IMG/VR virus record: IMGVR_UViG_3300019458_000040
Coordinates: 1-56,243 of that record
Length of the DNA stretch: 56,243 nt
Strand: one strand, 5' to 3'
Source of the DNA: a virus
Lineage: Duplodnaviria; Caudoviricetes
In this document: positions 54,574 through 56,243 of the stretch, piece after piece
How positions within the stretch are numbered: the first letter of the stretch is position 1
Layout of the letters: the number at the start of each line of letters is the position of its first letter
Notes under the pieces: generated by a model
Databases searched by the model: none
What the model was told of the DNA's origin: nothing
The model's input: the letters and a program-made list of their open reading frames with translations, nothing else
Made by a program: the position numbers and the translations under genes

Positions 54574-56216
54574 TCGATCGATTCGACGACGATCGTGTTG
54601 CCGACTGAGACGTTGAGCGCCGGCGAGCTCGGGCTGCGTGCATCCTCGTGCACCGAGTAGATTGAGAACGTTCCGGGGGGGAACACGACGGGGATCTCTG
54701 TGGGCGACGGATCGGCAGAACGAGACTCCAAATAGAGCATCGAGGAAGTTACGGTCCCAAGAGACTTCGACGTGACACCAACGGGACCCCGTCCGAGTAC
54801 GTCCGCCAGCCGTGGCACGCAGCGCCTCGGCGCAATAGTGTTCTCAGGGGGGAGGCACGCGTCGGTCTCACCAAGCGTCGCAATGCGTCCGGATCGCGAT
54901 CTGAATCGGACTGGCGCGCAGTCGAATGACTCCCCGCCATATATCCACATCGCCCACTGGCCCCGCGGACCCCGAGTGTCAATCGCGCGCAGCACTGTCA
55001 GCAACGCGGGCTCGCCAGCACGCACGAACACACGGCGGTTGGTATCGGCGCCAGAATCGCGATCGACGAAGACGACGTCGATCGGAGTCGATCGTCCCGC
55101 ATTAACGTTTCCCGACCTACACGGTGCTGCATCCGGAATCAGTAGCGCGCTCCTCCCAGAACTCACTCCGAGAAGGCTGCCGTTCACGATAATGGCGCCC
55201 GAGTTGTTGATTGCTCGGGCCTGCCGTAGTTCCCAGTCGCCGGCGTTTGTCACGAGATCATTGAGATCGATCATCACGCCGTCTTGCCAAAGGAAGGCGC
55301 GATCGCGAAGCTGCTCATCGACAGCCGTTCCGACTATCTGCCCGTGATCGTTCATGCCAAGAGCGAGACCGCCCTGAAGGCTCTCCAGGCCCCTGAGCGC
55401 TCCGTTCTCGTGTCGACTCCAGAGATACGCATCCGGCGAATCTGGGTAGGTGCTGTTCAGCAATCCTGCGACATCACCGCTTGCCGAGATCGCACGGGCC
55501 TCGCTCCTTCGATCGATCAGTCCGCCGAGATCCTGCATCAGAGCGTTTCGCCAGACGAAGGCGCGAACGGGGCCGGCGCCTGCTGGCGTGGAGAAGCCGA
55601 CCACCTCTCCGTTGTTATTGACATCAACCGCCTGAGCGAAAGACCCGCCCAGCGTTCCCAGCGTTAAGGGCTGTCCGAAGCGCCACAAGACCGCTGGCGT
55701 TGTGCCGCAACAGACTCCAGGTCCCGAGAAGCCGACGATGTCGCCCCACTGATTGATAGCGTTCGCGACGGCCGGTCCACCAAAGTCCGGTAGAACTTCC
55801 ATCGCCGGCCCGCGCCAGACGACTGCAAACTGCACCCCGATGGATCCCACGACCTCCCCGCGATCGTTGATGCCGTTCGCCCGTGTGTCAGTAAAGTCCG
55901 GGGCGAGGTCGATCAGGACGTCATCGGCCCACTTGAAGGCGTGAACTTCGCCGCTCGCAGTCCACGAGTGCCCCACGACCTCGTTCGATTCATTGATCGC
56001 GGTGGCTTCGCAGTACTCCCCGCCCAGGGTGCCGAGGTCGACGAGGCGGTACTGTCCTCGAGACTCCCCGGCGATGAGCGCCAGCACGGCGACGACGACC
56101 AGGACCTGCGCGCGCCGCCCGCGCGCCCTTCTCTCTCGAACCACGGGCCTGCCCCCTTTCCGAAAGCCGCCCTGTCGGTTGGGCCCCGACGCTACCACGG
56201 GCGCCAGCGCTTTCAA
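54570..56216 (-). CDS. Secreted HAF-repeat protein, probably host; true start may be ~70 bp downstream
   Basis: DLGTLGG...ATAINESNEVVG...HAFKW repeats; signal peptide. Confidence 0.9.
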   Translation of the reverse strand: MKALAPVVASGPNRQGGFRKGGRPVVRERRARGRRAQVLVVVAVLALIAGESRGQYRLVDLGTLGGEYCEATAINESNEVVGHSWTASGEVHAFKWADDVLIDLAPDFTDTRANGINDRGEVVGSIGVQFAVVWRGPAMEVLPDFGGPAVANAINQWGDIVGFSGPGVCCGTTPAVLWRFGQPLTLGTLGGSFAQAVDVNNNGEVVGFSTPAGAGPVRAFVWRNALMQDLGGLIDRRSEARAISASGDVAGLLNSTYPDSPDAYLWSRHENGALRGLESLQGGLALGMNDHGQIVGTAVDEQLRDRAFLWQDGVMIDLNDLVTNAGDWELRQARAINNSGAIIVNGSLLGVSSGRSALLIPDAAPCRSGNVNAGRSTPIDVVFVDRDSGADTNRRVFVRAGEPALLTVLRAIDTRGPRGQWAMWIYGGESFDCAPVRFRSRSGRIATLGETDACLPPENTIAPRRCVPRLADVLGRGPVGVTSKSLGTVTSSMLYLESRSADPSPTEIPVVFPPGTFSIYSVHEDARSPSSPALNVSVGNTIVVESIE

Positions 56217-56243
56217 GCGCCGAGAGTCAAGGGAATCCTTTGG

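Overview
Positions 1 to about 54.1 kb are almost all one + strand tailed dsDNA (pro)phage region of high GC. In order: recombination module (nuclease 3' end, coiled-coil protein, RecT/Bet-like annealing protein); a ~16 kb accessory region of small overlapping ORFs with two ParB-family genes, a RusA-like resolvase and an Acb2/Tad1-like protein; endonuclease VII and terminases; an HK97-type head (portal fused to a gpF-like domain, protease, capsid); and a siphovirus tail with a GTA-like tip (Dit-like, DUF2163 hub, NlpC/P60, large tip protein). The last ~2 kb holds two minus-strand, probably host, genes. I recognise no integrase, repressor, replication gene, endolysin, CRISPR array or reverse transcriptase. 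The most notable observations are: accessory genes bounded by conserved junction repeats (cassette-like); a tRNA-shaped ~145 nt non-coding RNA candidate; a structured leader occluding the capsid RBS and start codon; a terminase with a degenerate duplicate ATPase domain; and tandem paralog pairs of tail tube and fiber genes. All family calls are by-eye motif recognition, not database searches.
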